A DNA stretch of 64,000 nt. It comes from Bdellovibrionota bacterium (GTDB lineage Bacteria > Bdellovibrionota_C > UBA2361 > OMII01). Below, piece by piece: positions 1-9,848 of this stretch. Positions within the stretch are counted from its first letter, which is position 1. Each line of letters begins with the position of its first letter. Made by a program: the position numbers and the translations under genes. The notes under the pieces are model-generated. The model worked only from the letters and a program-made list of their open reading frames with translations. It was not told where the DNA came from and did not search any database. The DNA is taken from contig JBILEW010000001.1 of assembly GCA_044351885.1 (NCBI GenBank), positions 30,315 through 94,314 of the forward strand. The letters run 5' to 3'.

Positions 1-1
1 T

Positions 2-1057
2 CTCGAGATCTTCGTTCCTCGAGGATGGTTTCTGCCGGTCTCGCCAGGTACCAAGTTCGTCACCCTAGGCGGTGCCGTAGCGAACGACATTCACGGGAAG
101 AACCACCACCGAGCGGGAACCTTTGGAAACCACGTCACTAGCTTCGGACTACGCAGGTCGAACGGAGAGTATCTCACCTGCTCACCGACTGAGCACATCG
201 ACCTCTTCCGAGCAACCATCGGCGGCCTTGGTCTCACCGGCCTCATCGTGTGGGTCGAGATCCGACTTATCCGCATCTCTTCGTCCTACCTCGATACCCG
301 GAACATCAAATTCGGTAACCTCGACGAGTTCCTCGCCATCTCCCATGAAACCGACCCGCTCTTCGAGTACAGCGTCGCCTGGGTCGATTGCATCGCCGAT
401 GGTTCCTCTATGGGTCGCGGCATCTTCATGGCCGGTAACTTTGCCCAATCAGAGCCATCTCGCAAACATCGCTCAATGCGCCTCTCGGTTCCGTGCGATG
501 CTCCGAGCTTCGTGCTCAATCCCCTCTCCATGAAGCTCTTCAACACTGTGTACTACAACCTCCAGCGCGCCAAGACGGTCGATGCACGGACGCCCTATGA
601 GCCGTTCTTCTATCCGCTCGACTCAGTGCTTCACTGGAATCGTATCTACGGAAAACGGGGATTCTTCCAGTATCAACTCGTGGTTCCTTTCGACAACGAC
701 GGCGCTGGCTTGAAAGAGATCTTCACCCACATCAGTCGCTCGCGCCGTGCCTCGTTCCTGGCTGTCCTTAAGACCTTCGGAGATATAGAGTCACCCGGTC
801 TACTCTCGTTCCCGCGACGGGGAGTAACCTTGGCGTTGGATTTTCCGAACGACGGCGAACCGACATTCAAGCTCATGGAGGATCTCGACCGCATAGTGGC
901 AGAGGCCGGAGGAGCTTTGTATCCAGCAAAGGACGCGCGCATGAGTCGAAGCCTCTTCGAGCAGTCGTTTCCCCTGCTCGGGGAGTTCGAGAAATGGGTC
1001 GACCCTCGCTTCTCGTCCAGTTTCTGGAGGCGTGTACGGGGTACGTGTGAGGGATAA
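2..1057 (+). CDS. FAD-binding oxidoreductase, DprE1-like (decaprenylphosphoryl-beta-D-ribose 2'-oxidase family); 5' end outside window
   Basis: Reading frame is open from the window edge (LEIFVPRGWFLPVSPGTKFVTLGGAVANDIHGKNHHRAGTF...). The motif GAVANDIHGKNHH is typical of DprE1/alditol-oxidase-type FAD-linked oxidases. The stop is 4 nt before a DprE2-like SDR. Confidence 0.75.
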   Translation, partial: LEIFVPRGWFLPVSPGTKFVTLGGAVANDIHGKNHHRAGTFGNHVTSFGLRRSNGEYLTCSPTEHIDLFRATIGGLGLTGLIVWVEIRLIRISSSYLDTRNIKFGNLDEFLAISHETDPLFEYSVAWVDCIADGSSMGRGIFMAGNFAQSEPSRKHRSMRLSVPCDAPSFVLNPLSMKLFNTVYYNLQRAKTVDARTPYEPFFYPLDSVLHWNRIYGKRGFFQYQLVVPFDNDGAGLKEIFTHISRSRRASFLAVLKTFGDIESPGLLSFPRRGVTLALDFPNDGEPTFKLMEDLDRIVAEAGGALYPAKDARMSRSLFEQSFPLLGEFEKWVDPRFSSSFWRRVRGTCEG

Positions 1058-1060
1058 TAG

Positions 1061-1798
1061 ATGAAAAAGATCCTCATCGTTGGAGCCACATCAGCACTTG
1101 CAACCGCAACGGCTCGCTGCTTCGCGCACGAAGGCGCTGAGCTACACCTCGCTGCTCGCGACCAAGATGGACTCGAACGTCTGGCAGGAGACCTAAGGAC
1201 ACGTGGAGCGCAGCACGTCTCAACGAGCACGTTCGACGCCCTGAGCCCGAACTCGCATGCCGAGCTCATCCGCGATGCAGCGATGCAGCTCGGAGAGATC
1301 GACGCGGCACTCGTCGCTCATGGCACCCTACCCTCTCAGGAGCTGTGCCAGACCCAGTGGTCTGCTACCGAACAGGCTCTTACCGTGAATTTTATAAGCC
1401 CAATCGCTCTTCTGACCGAACTTGCGCAGTACTTCGAGACGAAAAGGAGAGGGAACATCACCGTGATTTCCTCGGTGGCAGGCGATCGAGGGAGACAGAG
1501 CAACTACGTATACGGGGCGGCGAAGGGAGGACTGTCGATCTTTCTCCAAGGACTTCGCAATCGCCTAGCCCATCACGGAGTCTCAGTCACAACCGTCAAA
1601 CCCGGCTTCGTCGACACCCCCATGACCGCGCACATCCCGAAGGGCCCCCTCTTTGCCTCTCCTGAGCGTGTTGGTGGTCGTATTCACCAGGCTATGAAGC
1701 GCGGTGAATCGGTGGTGTACACCCCGTGGTTCTGGCGTTTCATCATGGGAATCATAGTGTGCATCCCGGAGTTCATCTTCAAGAGGTTGCGACTCTGA
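1061..1798 (+). CDS. Short-chain dehydrogenase/reductase, DprE2-like partner of the upstream oxidase
   Basis: Rossmann N-terminus KKILIVGATSALATATARCFAHEGAEL. SDR catalytic region SNYVYGAAKGG. A GAGGGA Shine-Dalgarno lies 6 nt upstream. Tightly linked to the DprE1-like ORF. Confidence 0.75.
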   Translation: MKKILIVGATSALATATARCFAHEGAELHLAARDQDGLERLAGDLRTRGAQHVSTSTFDALSPNSHAELIRDAAMQLGEIDAALVAHGTLPSQELCQTQWSATEQALTVNFISPIALLTELAQYFETKRRGNITVISSVAGDRGRQSNYVYGAAKGGLSIFLQGLRNRLAHHGVSVTTVKPGFVDTPMTAHIPKGPLFASPERVGGRIHQAMKRGESVVYTPWFWRFIMGIIVCIPEFIFKRLRL

Positions 1799-1817
1799 AG
1801 GACGTTGCTCGACAGCT

Positions 1818-2174
1818 TCACGTACCTTCGAATTCCGAATACTTCTTACTACTCCCTCGCGAGAGCTCGACCGGATACTTCCGTTCGTTCTCCGCAAGTT
1901 TACGTTCGAAGGCCTCCTCCAAGTTGATCGCGCCGTCGTGAGCCATCAGGAGCACCCAATAGAGAACATCGGAGATCTCCCGCTCGAGTTTCTCCCGAAT
2001 AGTCGCTTGCTCCTGCTCGATCTGCTCATCGCTCTTCCATTGAAAGATCTCTCCCACCTCCGCGGCTTCGAGCATCAACGAGAGCGCCATGTCTTTAGGT
2101 TTGTGAAATTGCTTCCAGTCACGCGCGTCTCGGAACGAGACGACTCGTTCGGTAAGTTCCTTGATCGTTTTCAT
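1818..2174 (-). CDS. MazG-like nucleotide pyrophosphohydrolase (NTP-PPase fold)
   Basis: MKTIKELTERVVSFRDARDWKQFHKPKDMALSLMLEAAEVGEIFQWK... matches the all-alpha NTP pyrophosphatase (MazG/DR2231-like) EAAE..E..D pattern. Start chosen at the internal Met of the 157-aa ORF. Confidence 0.6.
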   Translation of the reverse strand: MKTIKELTERVVSFRDARDWKQFHKPKDMALSLMLEAAEVGEIFQWKSDEQIEQEQATIREKLEREISDVLYWVLLMAHDGAINLEEAFERKLAENERKYPVELSRGSSKKYSEFEGT

Positions 2175-2218
2175 GAGGGGGGTATAGCACACACCCAACG
2201 AGAGACAACCTCGGAGTG

Positions 2219-3223
2219 CTACGCAAGCGCGGAAACCCCTCGCCCTGATCCGGTATGCGCGTGCGAGAAAGATCCGTTTTCTAGAGCCCAACGGTACGCC
2301 ATCGCCAATCCATCCCGGAGACAGATCTGAGGCTCCCAGCCAAGAGCGCGTACCCTCGAAACATCCAGAACCTTCCGCGGAGTACCATCGGGTTTCGAGG
2401 TATCGAAACGAATCTCTCCCTGATATCCCACCACCTCTTTCATTAGGTGGGCCAGCTCGCGGATAGTGACATCCTGGCCAGTACCGACGTTCAAAGTTGC
2501 AGGATTATCGTAGGACTCCATAACCATGAGCGATGCTTCTGCGAAGTCATCGACGTACAGAAACTCGCGTTTCGGTTCACCAGTACCCCAAACGGTCACG
2601 TACGGCGCACCTTGTAACTGAGCTTCGTGAAAACGCCTCATCATGCCGGGAATTACATGTGAACCTTCGGGATGAAAGTTGTCGTTCGGTCCGTACATGT
2701 TGGTCGGCATCACTGAGACGAAGCACTTCCCGTACTGTCGGTTGTATTTCTCGCACAGTTTGAGGCCAGCTATCTTCGCAATAGCGTATCCTTCGTTGGT
2801 CGGTTCCAGAGGCCCCGAAAGGAGCGCATCCTCAGAGATCGGCTGAGGCGCCAGCTTCGGATAAATGCACGAACTTCCAAGGTACAAAAGCTTTTTCACG
2901 TCGAAGCGTGCGGCCGCGTGGATCACGTTCGCAGAGATCATCAGATTTTCGTACAAGAAATCTGCTTGGTAGCGCGCGTTGTCTAGAATTCCACCGACTC
3001 TCGCTGCGCACAGAAATACGAAATCGACCTGCTCTTGGGCGAAGAACTCATCTACAGCAGCCTGATTGAGGAGATCGAGCTCGCCACGAGTCCTCTGTAT
3101 TATGTTGGAGTAGCCGTAGCGTTGCAGGGCTCGCACGATAGCGGATCCCACCAGCCCGCTGTGGCCGGCCACGAAGATACGGGAATCGAACGCCAATCGA
3201 GAGAAGACCTGAGGTGAACCCAT
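2219..3223 (-). CDS. fcl: GDP-L-fucose synthase (GDP-4-keto-6-deoxy-D-mannose 3,5-epimerase/4-reductase)
   Basis: [17 protein letters not shown]...; LGSSCIYPK; YAIAKIAG; typical Fcl length of 334 aa. Confidence 0.9.
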   Translation of the reverse strand: MGSPQVFSRLAFDSRIFVAGHSGLVGSAIVRALQRYGYSNIIQRTRGELDLLNQAAVDEFFAQEQVDFVFLCAARVGGILDNARYQADFLYENLMISANVIHAAARFDVKKLLYLGSSCIYPKLAPQPISEDALLSGPLEPTNEGYAIAKIAGLKLCEKYNRQYGKCFVSVMPTNMYGPNDNFHPEGSHVIPGMMRRFHEAQLQGAPYVTVWGTGEPKREFLYVDDFAEASLMVMESYDNPATLNVGTGQDVTIRELAHLMKEVVGYQGEIRFDTSKPDGTPRKVLDVSRVRALGWEPQICLRDGLAMAYRWALENGSFSHAHTGSGRGVSALA

Positions 3224-3379
3224 GTGGAGTAAGATGAGCGCGCTGGGATACGGGATTCACCGGCCATAGATGGAAACTGCCCACCTATCGCCCCTAGAAC
3301 CAGGAGCTTAGGGTCTTCTAGCGGAGATTGTTTCTCCCTATCTGTAGCAGGTCATTGAGGTTTTCCACTCTTTGAGTCC

Positions 3380-3841
3380 CTACTCCTCGAGTAGGAACTG
3401 GATCTGTTTGGGCAGGAGCGTCTGCACCCGGAACTTCTCGCAAAACATATCTGCCCCCTGCTCTATTGCCGCAAACTCAACGTCACCTTGGGCACCGGTC
3501 AGCACGATAACCGGTATCGGCCGCACTGCGTCGGGTCGTTCCAGAGCACGAACCGCCTTGAGGAACTCGAACCCGTTCATGTCAGGCATCTTCAGATCAG
3601 AGATCAGTAGCTGAAACGGACGATGCGCAAGCAGCGTCAACGCGTCCCGCACGGTAGAAGCAGCCGTGACACGGTATCCAGCACAAGAAACCAAATACGA
3701 CAGATATCGCAGTTGATCTGGGTCGTCATCGACGAGCAGCACACTCGTGTTCACCGGATTGACCGGTTTGAGCTGCACGAGGCTCCCCCAAGTGTTTTCA
3801 ACGTCGGCTGAGTCTTCGAAAAAATCAGGAGAGAAACTCAT
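3380..3841 (-). CDS. Single-domain response regulator (CheY-like receiver)
   Basis: VLLVDDDPDQLRYL...ISDLKMPDMNGFEFLKAVR...PVIVLTGAQ is a receiver-domain signature. There is no output domain and no adjacent kinase. Confidence 0.8.
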   Translation of the reverse strand: MSFSPDFFEDSADVENTWGSLVQLKPVNPVNTSVLLVDDDPDQLRYLSYLVSCAGYRVTAASTVRDALTLLAHRPFQLLISDLKMPDMNGFEFLKAVRALERPDAVRPIPVIVLTGAQGDVEFAAIEQGADMFCEKFRVQTLLPKQIQFLLEE

Positions 3842-4251
3842 AGCACCCTAGTCTGACTACCGCTTCGGTTAAAATGCCCTCGTCCGAAAGCGAAACTAAC
3901 ATTCATTTTATAGCCACGACCGAAAAAAATCAGCGAGTAGGCAATTCGGAGCGGATATAAGTGTTTCGGCACAACCGCTGCCCTGCTTTCGAGCGCGGCG
4001 CGCATTTGCCTCATCGAAGCCCTATCGGATGCGAGCATCTCCGATGTTGTACGGTACAAGGGGCCGCTACGGAAGCGCTCTGCCTCTTCTCAGCAGGCTC
4101 AGCGTTACTGAACCGAAACACTCGGCTGCAGACAAATGTACTGTTTATCGAGAGGATTCTCCCCCACATAGAAATTAGAGAGCGTCCCGATACCGTTTGT
4201 GTGTTAAGGAGAACCTTTGCCTTGCCTCCCTAGGAGATCTTCGTAGACCGC

Positions 4252-4797
4252 TCAGCCGAGATAGATCATCAAGCCGCGATTGAATGCGGTGGTCAATTTA
4301 AAGAAACTGACCAGCTCCTCCCAATACTCCTCGATATAGCCAAGCGCATCCTGGACACTCTCGCGAGCCTCGAACGGATAGACATCCTTGGCCACGAGGT
4401 CAGACACGGAAAGTCCGCGTTGTAGGGACTTGAACTGTGCTTTCTCGAGCACCTTACTCATCTGTACAACCTCTTTGGGTGTGTAGTACCGGGCCGGACC
4501 AAATCCCAGATCGATTGCTGTCAATGGCGTGCCCCCCTCGGTCAAAAACTTCTTGGGCAGGTCGAGTCGGCCGTAGTCTGCGACGAAGTTGATTCCATCC
4601 CAAGCCTTGTCCAAAGACAACACGACCTTTTCGTCTTGCGGTAGCTCTTCGTTGTATTCACGCAGCTCCGAAAGCACCTCTTGACCGATGGAGGGATCGT
4701 CGAGAAGATCCTGCACCGTCTCTTCAGCGATCTGCCAGACCTCACATACCATCCCCATACCGCGTTCCTCCACATGCCTCGGGCACACTAATGACAC
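4252..4797 (-). CDS. Hypothetical protein, resembles DUF1877/YfbM family
   Basis: Probable true start at MGMVCEV (4758). The C-terminal LMIYLG and central LDKAWDG resemble YfbM-like proteins as recalled from memory. No catalytic motif recognised. Confidence 0.5.
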   Translation of the reverse strand: MSLVCPRHVEERGMGMVCEVWQIAEETVQDLLDDPSIGQEVLSELREYNEELPQDEKVVLSLDKAWDGINFVADYGRLDLPKKFLTEGGTPLTAIDLGFGPARYYTPKEVVQMSKVLEKAQFKSLQRGLSVSDLVAKDVYPFEARESVQDALGYIEEYWEELVSFFKLTTAFNRGLMIYLG

Positions 4798-4865
4798 CCC
4801 ATATAGTACGCTGAGTAGCGCCGCGCGTCGAGGATCGCATTTTGAGCCAAGGGCTATCTGGGGCT

Positions 4866-5033
4866 ACCGCCTCCCTAAGGAAGAGAGGCAAAACCTACCA
4901 CTCTCCCACGTGAACGTGCTCGTGCACGTGAACGTAAACGTACCCGGAAAAAACATCAAGATGTTCGGGCACGTGCACGTTCACGTGATAAGTTCAAAAG
5001 TGAAACTACAGGTACGTTTCGCTCCGCTTCCCT
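4866..5033 (+). repeat. Palindromic dispersed repeat (REP/MITE-like), copy 1 of a family
   Basis: Core CACGTGAACGTGCTCGTGCACGTGAACGTAAACGTACCCGG-(AACATCAAGATGTT loop)-CGGGCACGTGCACGTTCACGTG with flanks CCCTAAGGAAGAGAGGCAAAACCT / AAAAGTGA...GCTCCGCTTCCCT. Related copies at 25365, 37208 and 54425. Confidence 0.8.
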
Positions 5034-5084
5034 CTGTGTACAAGTGGCATATGCGCCCCACCTGGGATAAGCTGGAGCAACAGT

Positions 5085-6137
5085 ATGGAAAAACCTTTTG
5101 GAATCACAGTTGTCGGGGGCAGTGGATACGGGGCTGGTGAGCTCGTGCGTATGCTGGCCGTGCATCCTGCAATTGAGCTGTGTGGCATAGTATCCCGCTC
5201 TCATGCCGGCAAACCGGTTTCGAGCGTGCACACGCATCTAGCCGGCATAGTCTCTATGCCATTCGACGAGTCGATCGACCTCTCGAAGCTACTCAGCAAA
5301 CGCGGGCGTGCGGTTGTTCTTACCATGCCACCGGGACAGGCCTCTACTACCATTCAATCTCTGCTCTCACTCGGACTGGATGATCACACGAACGTCATCG
5401 ACCTATCGGGAGACTTCCGCCTGCGGGACGAAAACACCCATTCTGAGTTCTATACGGAAGTGCCGCTGGAGAGCGGCCTTCGGCAGCGCTTCACGTACGG
5501 CTTGCCCGAGCTAGATCGCACTCGTATCGCAGGATCGCAATTCATCACAAATCCTGGCTGCCTCGCCACGGGCGCGATTCTGGCGCTTGCGCCGCTCGGC
5601 TCTTTGACGGACTCGGGCTGTGTCGTCATCGACGCCAAAACTGGCACCTCCGGTGCGGGACGCGAGCCGCAATCCTCCATGCACCATCCGAGTCGCTTTG
5701 CCGATTTTACGGCGTACAAGCCGCTCTCTCATCGACACGAGCCTGAGATTATCCAAGCGCTGGGCGAACGATTTGAAAAGAGCTTCGAGTTCATGTTCGT
5801 GCCCCACCTGATACCGGTAGCTCGGGGCATCTTCGTTACCGCATACATCTCTCAGCGCAAGGACCTGTCGAAGAACGACGTCGAGAGCCATTATCGCGAA
5901 TTCTATCGCTCATCGCACTTCGTACGCTTTCGTTCTGCCCCCCCGCGCCTCGTGGACGTCGTGGGGACGAATTTCTGCGATATCTTCGTAACGACCCGCA
6001 ACTCTCAGATAGTTGTCATGACCGCTCTGGACAATCTGGGAAAGGGAATGGCCGGACAAGCCATTCAAAACCTGAATCTGGTCTTCGGACTTCCCGAAGA
6101 AACCGGACTACTGATACCCGCTCTGGGCCCCGTCTGA
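5085..6137 (+). CDS. argC: N-acetyl-gamma-glutamyl-phosphate reductase
   Basis: GITVVGGSGYGAGELVRML; active-site cysteine context NPGCLATGAIL; 350 aa. Confidence 0.9.
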   Translation: MEKPFGITVVGGSGYGAGELVRMLAVHPAIELCGIVSRSHAGKPVSSVHTHLAGIVSMPFDESIDLSKLLSKRGRAVVLTMPPGQASTTIQSLLSLGLDDHTNVIDLSGDFRLRDENTHSEFYTEVPLESGLRQRFTYGLPELDRTRIAGSQFITNPGCLATGAILALAPLGSLTDSGCVVIDAKTGTSGAGREPQSSMHHPSRFADFTAYKPLSHRHEPEIIQALGERFEKSFEFMFVPHLIPVARGIFVTAYISQRKDLSKNDVESHYREFYRSSHFVRFRSAPPRLVDVVGTNFCDIFVTTRNSQIVVMTALDNLGKGMAGQAIQNLNLVFGLPEETGLLIPALGPV

Positions 6138-6164
6138 CACGAGAGCAAAGGAGCACTCCTGACG

Positions 6165-7019
6165 ATGTCAAAGATGACCGAAAATATCATCAAGGAATTC
6201 CCAGAGGCCGCCAAACTGAAAGGGGAGCGGGTACTCGTCAAGTACGGGGGCGCGGCGATGGATAGCGAGGAGACGAAGGACCGTGTCTGCAGAGAGATTG
6301 CGGCTCTCATTGATATCGGTGTCCAGATCGTCATCGTACACGGCGGCGGCAAGGAGATTAGTCGCTGGATGGAGCGGGTCGGTCTCCAACCTCATTTCAT
6401 CGATGGGCTACGTGTCACGGACGACGACTCTATGCTCGTCACCGAGATGGTCCTCTCGGGACTGATCAACAGCGATCTGGTTTCTCGTTTGAACCGACTT
6501 GAGACCCGAGCGCTAGGCATTTCGGGGCGCCACGGAAGACTTCTCCAATCAGTACCGCTACGACTTCAGAGTGCAGGAGATCTCGGTCGGACCGGAGAGG
6601 TCGAGCGCACTAACGTGTCCATATTAACGACCCTACTCGCTGCGCACATCACCCCGGTCGTCTCTCCTGTCGGAGAGACCGTCGACGGGATCTCGTTGAA
6701 CCTGAACGCCGACTACGCTGCCGCCGCGTTGGCGGGGGCCTTGGAGGCTGATGTCTGCGTCTTTCTAACTGATGTAGATGGAGTGAAGCTCGCAGATCGT
6801 CTACTTCCCTCGGTAACCCGCCAACAAATCACCTCGATGATAAAGGAAGGGAGCCTCTACGGTGGAATGATCCCAAAGGTCGAATGTGCCTTGCGAGCAC
6901 TCGCGGATGGATGCAAGAGAGCCGTGATTACGGCCGCCCAGCGTCCCTATTCGGTAACCGCAGCTTTGCTCGAAGTTGATGGCTGCTGCACGAGCTTTGT
7001 GGGTAGCTCGGTGAGCTAG
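6165..7019 (+). CDS. argB: Acetylglutamate kinase
   Basis: VLVKYGGAAM...VQIVIVHGGG; AGGAG Shine-Dalgarno upstream; immediately follows argC. Confidence 0.9.
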   Translation: MSKMTENIIKEFPEAAKLKGERVLVKYGGAAMDSEETKDRVCREIAALIDIGVQIVIVHGGGKEISRWMERVGLQPHFIDGLRVTDDDSMLVTEMVLSGLINSDLVSRLNRLETRALGISGRHGRLLQSVPLRLQSAGDLGRTGEVERTNVSILTTLLAAHITPVVSPVGETVDGISLNLNADYAAAALAGALEADVCVFLTDVDGVKLADRLLPSVTRQQITSMIKEGSLYGGMIPKVECALRALADGCKRAVITAAQRPYSVTAALLEVDGCCTSFVGSSVS

Positions 7020-8029
7020 CGGTTCTTCGAAGCCTGCTCGACCGGGTGCACGACAGCACGCTTCTTTTTCTTGAGCAGCAATCTGCCTGCCTTGAGAAAC
7101 GGGAGCATATACAGCCTGAGAGGAGACGAATACTCCCGGTCCTCTCCCCTGCCGATGCCGAACTCGATCTTCTCGCGTTCTTTGGGCACGTACAGCGACT
7201 TAAAGAGATAATCCCAAATAGCAAACACGAATCCGTAGTTCTTGTTCCAATGCTGCCGAGCAGCGCTGTGGTGAATCTGATGCTGTGCTGGACTGATGAG
7301 GATCTTACTTAACACCGGACCATACGACACCCATACATGAGAGTGCCGCAAGTTGTACCCAAATACATAGAACAATACCGTCACGATACTGAGCCCTGCA
7401 ATAACGTACGGGGAGGCCTGGGCACTCACGAAGAATCTGAAAAGAGCATCCGCCGTACCGATGAGCGAGCCGGTGATAACCAGAGTAATGCCGTCATCGA
7501 GTGGGTGCATCCGGTACACCGTGAGCGGAGTCATGACCTGCGCAGAGTGATGTACCTTGTGGAACTCCCACAGCAACGGGATGCGATGCATTAAGACATG
7601 AGCGAAAAACGTCCCAAAATCGGCAACCATAGCCATCAAGAGCGTAACAAGAACGGTGACCCACACCGATACCGGACCGATACTCGCCGTCGGAGTTGCC
7701 ACGGACGACAAGAGCTCTGTGACGTACTGAGTCACTACGAGCGAGAACCCGCCGAAGGGCAGCAAGATGAAGAGATACAAAATTGAGTTGGAGAGGAAAT
7801 AAACATAGTCGACTATCGACGACGAATGCGTGTAGATTTTGCGTGGGAATATACCTCCGACCGCCTCGGACAAGGGAGCCTCGGCGGCGTGATTACGACG
7901 CTCGACAAGGATGGCGATGATGAGGCTCGTAAGAAGGTACGGTAGATAAATTCGCTCCCCCGGCGAAGAAAGGTACGAAAGCGGGGTATAGAGGACATTC
8001 AAGAGAGCTTCGATGTAATCCATGACCAC
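7016..8029 (-). CDS. Fatty-acid hydroxylase / sterol desaturase superfamily membrane protein
   Basis: Histidine boxes HKVHHSAQ, HVLMHRIP, QHQIHH; multiple TM helices. Confidence 0.7.
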   Translation of the reverse strand: MVMDYIEALLNVLYTPLSYLSSPGERIYLPYLLTSLIIAILVERRNHAAEAPLSEAVGGIFPRKIYTHSSSIVDYVYFLSNSILYLFILLPFGGFSLVVTQYVTELLSSVATPTASIGPVSVWVTVLVTLLMAMVADFGTFFAHVLMHRIPLLWEFHKVHHSAQVMTPLTVYRMHPLDDGITLVITGSLIGTADALFRFFVSAQASPYVIAGLSIVTVLFYVFGYNLRHSHVWVSYGPVLSKILISPAQHQIHHSAARQHWNKNYGFVFAIWDYLFKSLYVPKEREKIEFGIGRGEDREYSSPLRLYMLPFLKAGRLLLKKKKRAVVHPVEQASKNR

Positions 8030-8930
8030 AAAAGGAGTAGGTGTAGATCCTCAGTTTAGACGATGGATCCTCGTGGTAGGAATCCTTTTTGTGTGCATCT
8101 TCCTGGCGCAAAGACCCACTGACCCCCCGCCCCCATCGCCCCGCGAATTATCGGCCCCGAATCCTCTGACCCCTGCCCCTTCCCTCGAACTCGAAAACCT
8201 CACCTGGATCGACATTCGCGACCGAATCCGCACAGGGACGACCCGAATTCTGGTGCCAACAGGGGGAATAGAGCAGAACGGCCCCTTCGTCTCTGTATCC
8301 AAACACAATCACATCGCGCGTGCTGTGAGCGTGCGGGTGGCAGAGCTTCTCGGCTCGACACTAGTAGCCCCGGTAGTAGCCTTTGTTCCCGAAGGAACCA
8401 TCGATCCACCCTCTGGTCACATGCTCTTTCCTGGAACACTTTCCCTACGGGAAAGCACCTTTCAGCTGCTCCTAGAGGAGATCGGGGCCAGTCTGGCAGC
8501 GCACGGCTTTACGGAGATCGTGCTTCTCGGGGACAGTGCGGATAGTCAATGGGGCCTCGAAGTGGCGGCCGCTGCCCTCAACGAGCGGTTCGGCACGAGG
8601 CGAGTCCGAGCCATGTACATACCAGAGTTCTACAACTACCCCGAAGTTCGGCGGATACTCCTGGAAAAAGGTATCAGAGAGAAACCAGAGGAATTTCACG
8701 AAGAACTCGCCTTTTCTCTTCAGCTCATGGCGATTGATCCCTCCACTATTAGCTACGAAAGACGGATAGCCGCCGGCCAGACTAGCCTTGGAGGCTTCTC
8801 ATTGCTCGAACGTGACAAGCTGATAGAGCTCGGCAAGGAGATAGTCGAACTTCGAGCCCAGACCACCGCCGCAGCCATAAAGGCAAGAGAACAGATGTTG
8901 GAACGTACGAACCAGGGGTCCCCCAAATGA
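8022..8930 (+). CDS. Creatininase-family amidohydrolase with N-terminal TM/Pro-rich extension
   Basis: RILVPTGGIEQNGPFVSVSKHNHIA and later GDSADSQWG match creatinine amidohydrolase/MftE-family motifs. About 75 aa N-terminal extension with a hydrophobic helix (WILVVGILFVCIFLA). Confidence 0.65.
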   Translation: MTTKGVGVDPQFRRWILVVGILFVCIFLAQRPTDPPPPSPRELSAPNPLTPAPSLELENLTWIDIRDRIRTGTTRILVPTGGIEQNGPFVSVSKHNHIARAVSVRVAELLGSTLVAPVVAFVPEGTIDPPSGHMLFPGTLSLRESTFQLLLEEIGASLAAHGFTEIVLLGDSADSQWGLEVAAAALNERFGTRRVRAMYIPEFYNYPEVRRILLEKGIREKPEEFHEELAFSLQLMAIDPSTISYERRIAAGQTSLGGFSLLERDKLIELGKEIVELRAQTTAAAIKAREQMLERTNQGSPK

Positions 8931-9123
8931 GCGGCTGGCGGGCTTGCATGCCGCCATTGACTCCAACACGGGCCCTGGAGGGGGTCTGCATATGCCATTA
9001 CGCTGAGAAGTCCTTAAAACTCTCTAAAATCCGATAACTTACCCCAGCAATCTGATTTGCCACAGCTCGGCGTTTAAGGGTAATCTTTCGTCGTTTTCTG
9101 GAAGTTAGGGAGAATCTGGCCAT

Positions 9124-9843
9124 ATGGGTCGTATCTTTGAAAAACGCAAAGACCGCATGTTTGCGCGCTGGGCAAAGAATGCCAAAGCGTTTACGAAACT
9201 GGGCAAGGAGATAGCTATCTCGGTCAAACTCGGTGGACCCGAGCCTACCAGCAATCCTCGCCTTCGCATGGCTATTCAGACAGCTCGCTCGCTGAATATG
9301 CCCAAAGATCGCATCGAGGCTGCAATCAAGCGTGCCTCTTCCAAAGACCAAGCAGATCTTCAGGAGTTGAGCTACGAAGGGTTTGCGCCGCACGGTGTCG
9401 GTGTGTTCGTCGAAACCGCCACCGATAACCCAACTCGCACGGTTGCGAACGTGCGCAACATATTTACGAGAAACGGGGGAAACCTAGCCACCAGTGGAGC
9501 GCTCGAATACGTCTTTGATCGAAAGGGCATCTTCAAGATCTCTCCACCAGCTGGTGACTTCGACGAGCTGGAGCTCGAACTCATAGATCACGGTCTCGAA
9601 GAGATCTTCGAAGCAGACGACGGGATCCTTTTGTACTGCGGCTTCAAACAATACGCTGATCTTCAGCGCGTTTTGGAGGCACGGAGCGTCGAGGTAAAGA
9701 GTGCGGCGATTCAACGCATTCCGACCAATTACGTCAAGGTAACGTCGGAACAGGAAGAAGAGATCCAGAAGCTTATCGAGCGACTCGAAGAGGACGACGA
9801 CGTTCAGGTCGTTTTTCACAACATGCAGAGCAACGAGGAGTAG
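9124..9843 (+). CDS. YebC/PmpR-family transcriptional regulatory protein
   Basis: MGRIFEKRKDRMFARWAKNAKAFTKLGKEIAISVKLGGPEPTSNPRLR is the canonical YebC N-terminus; 239 aa. Confidence 0.9.
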   Translation: MGRIFEKRKDRMFARWAKNAKAFTKLGKEIAISVKLGGPEPTSNPRLRMAIQTARSLNMPKDRIEAAIKRASSKDQADLQELSYEGFAPHGVGVFVETATDNPTRTVANVRNIFTRNGGNLATSGALEYVFDRKGIFKISPPAGDFDELELELIDHGLEEIFEADDGILLYCGFKQYADLQRVLEARSVEVKSAAIQRIPTNYVKVTSEQEEEIQKLIERLEEDDDVQVVFHNMQSNEE

Positions 9844-9848
9844 CGAGC

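Noticed and set aside
123-533. 136-aa ORF and other small ORFs at the 5' edge
   Set aside because: Alternate frames of the DprE1-like gene, which is open from the window edge.
3842-4251. 410-bp gap with small ORFs (3961..4233 plus; 3838..4059 minus)
   Set aside because: No SD, motif or conserved signature recognisable. Left unannotated. May contain the response-regulator promoter.
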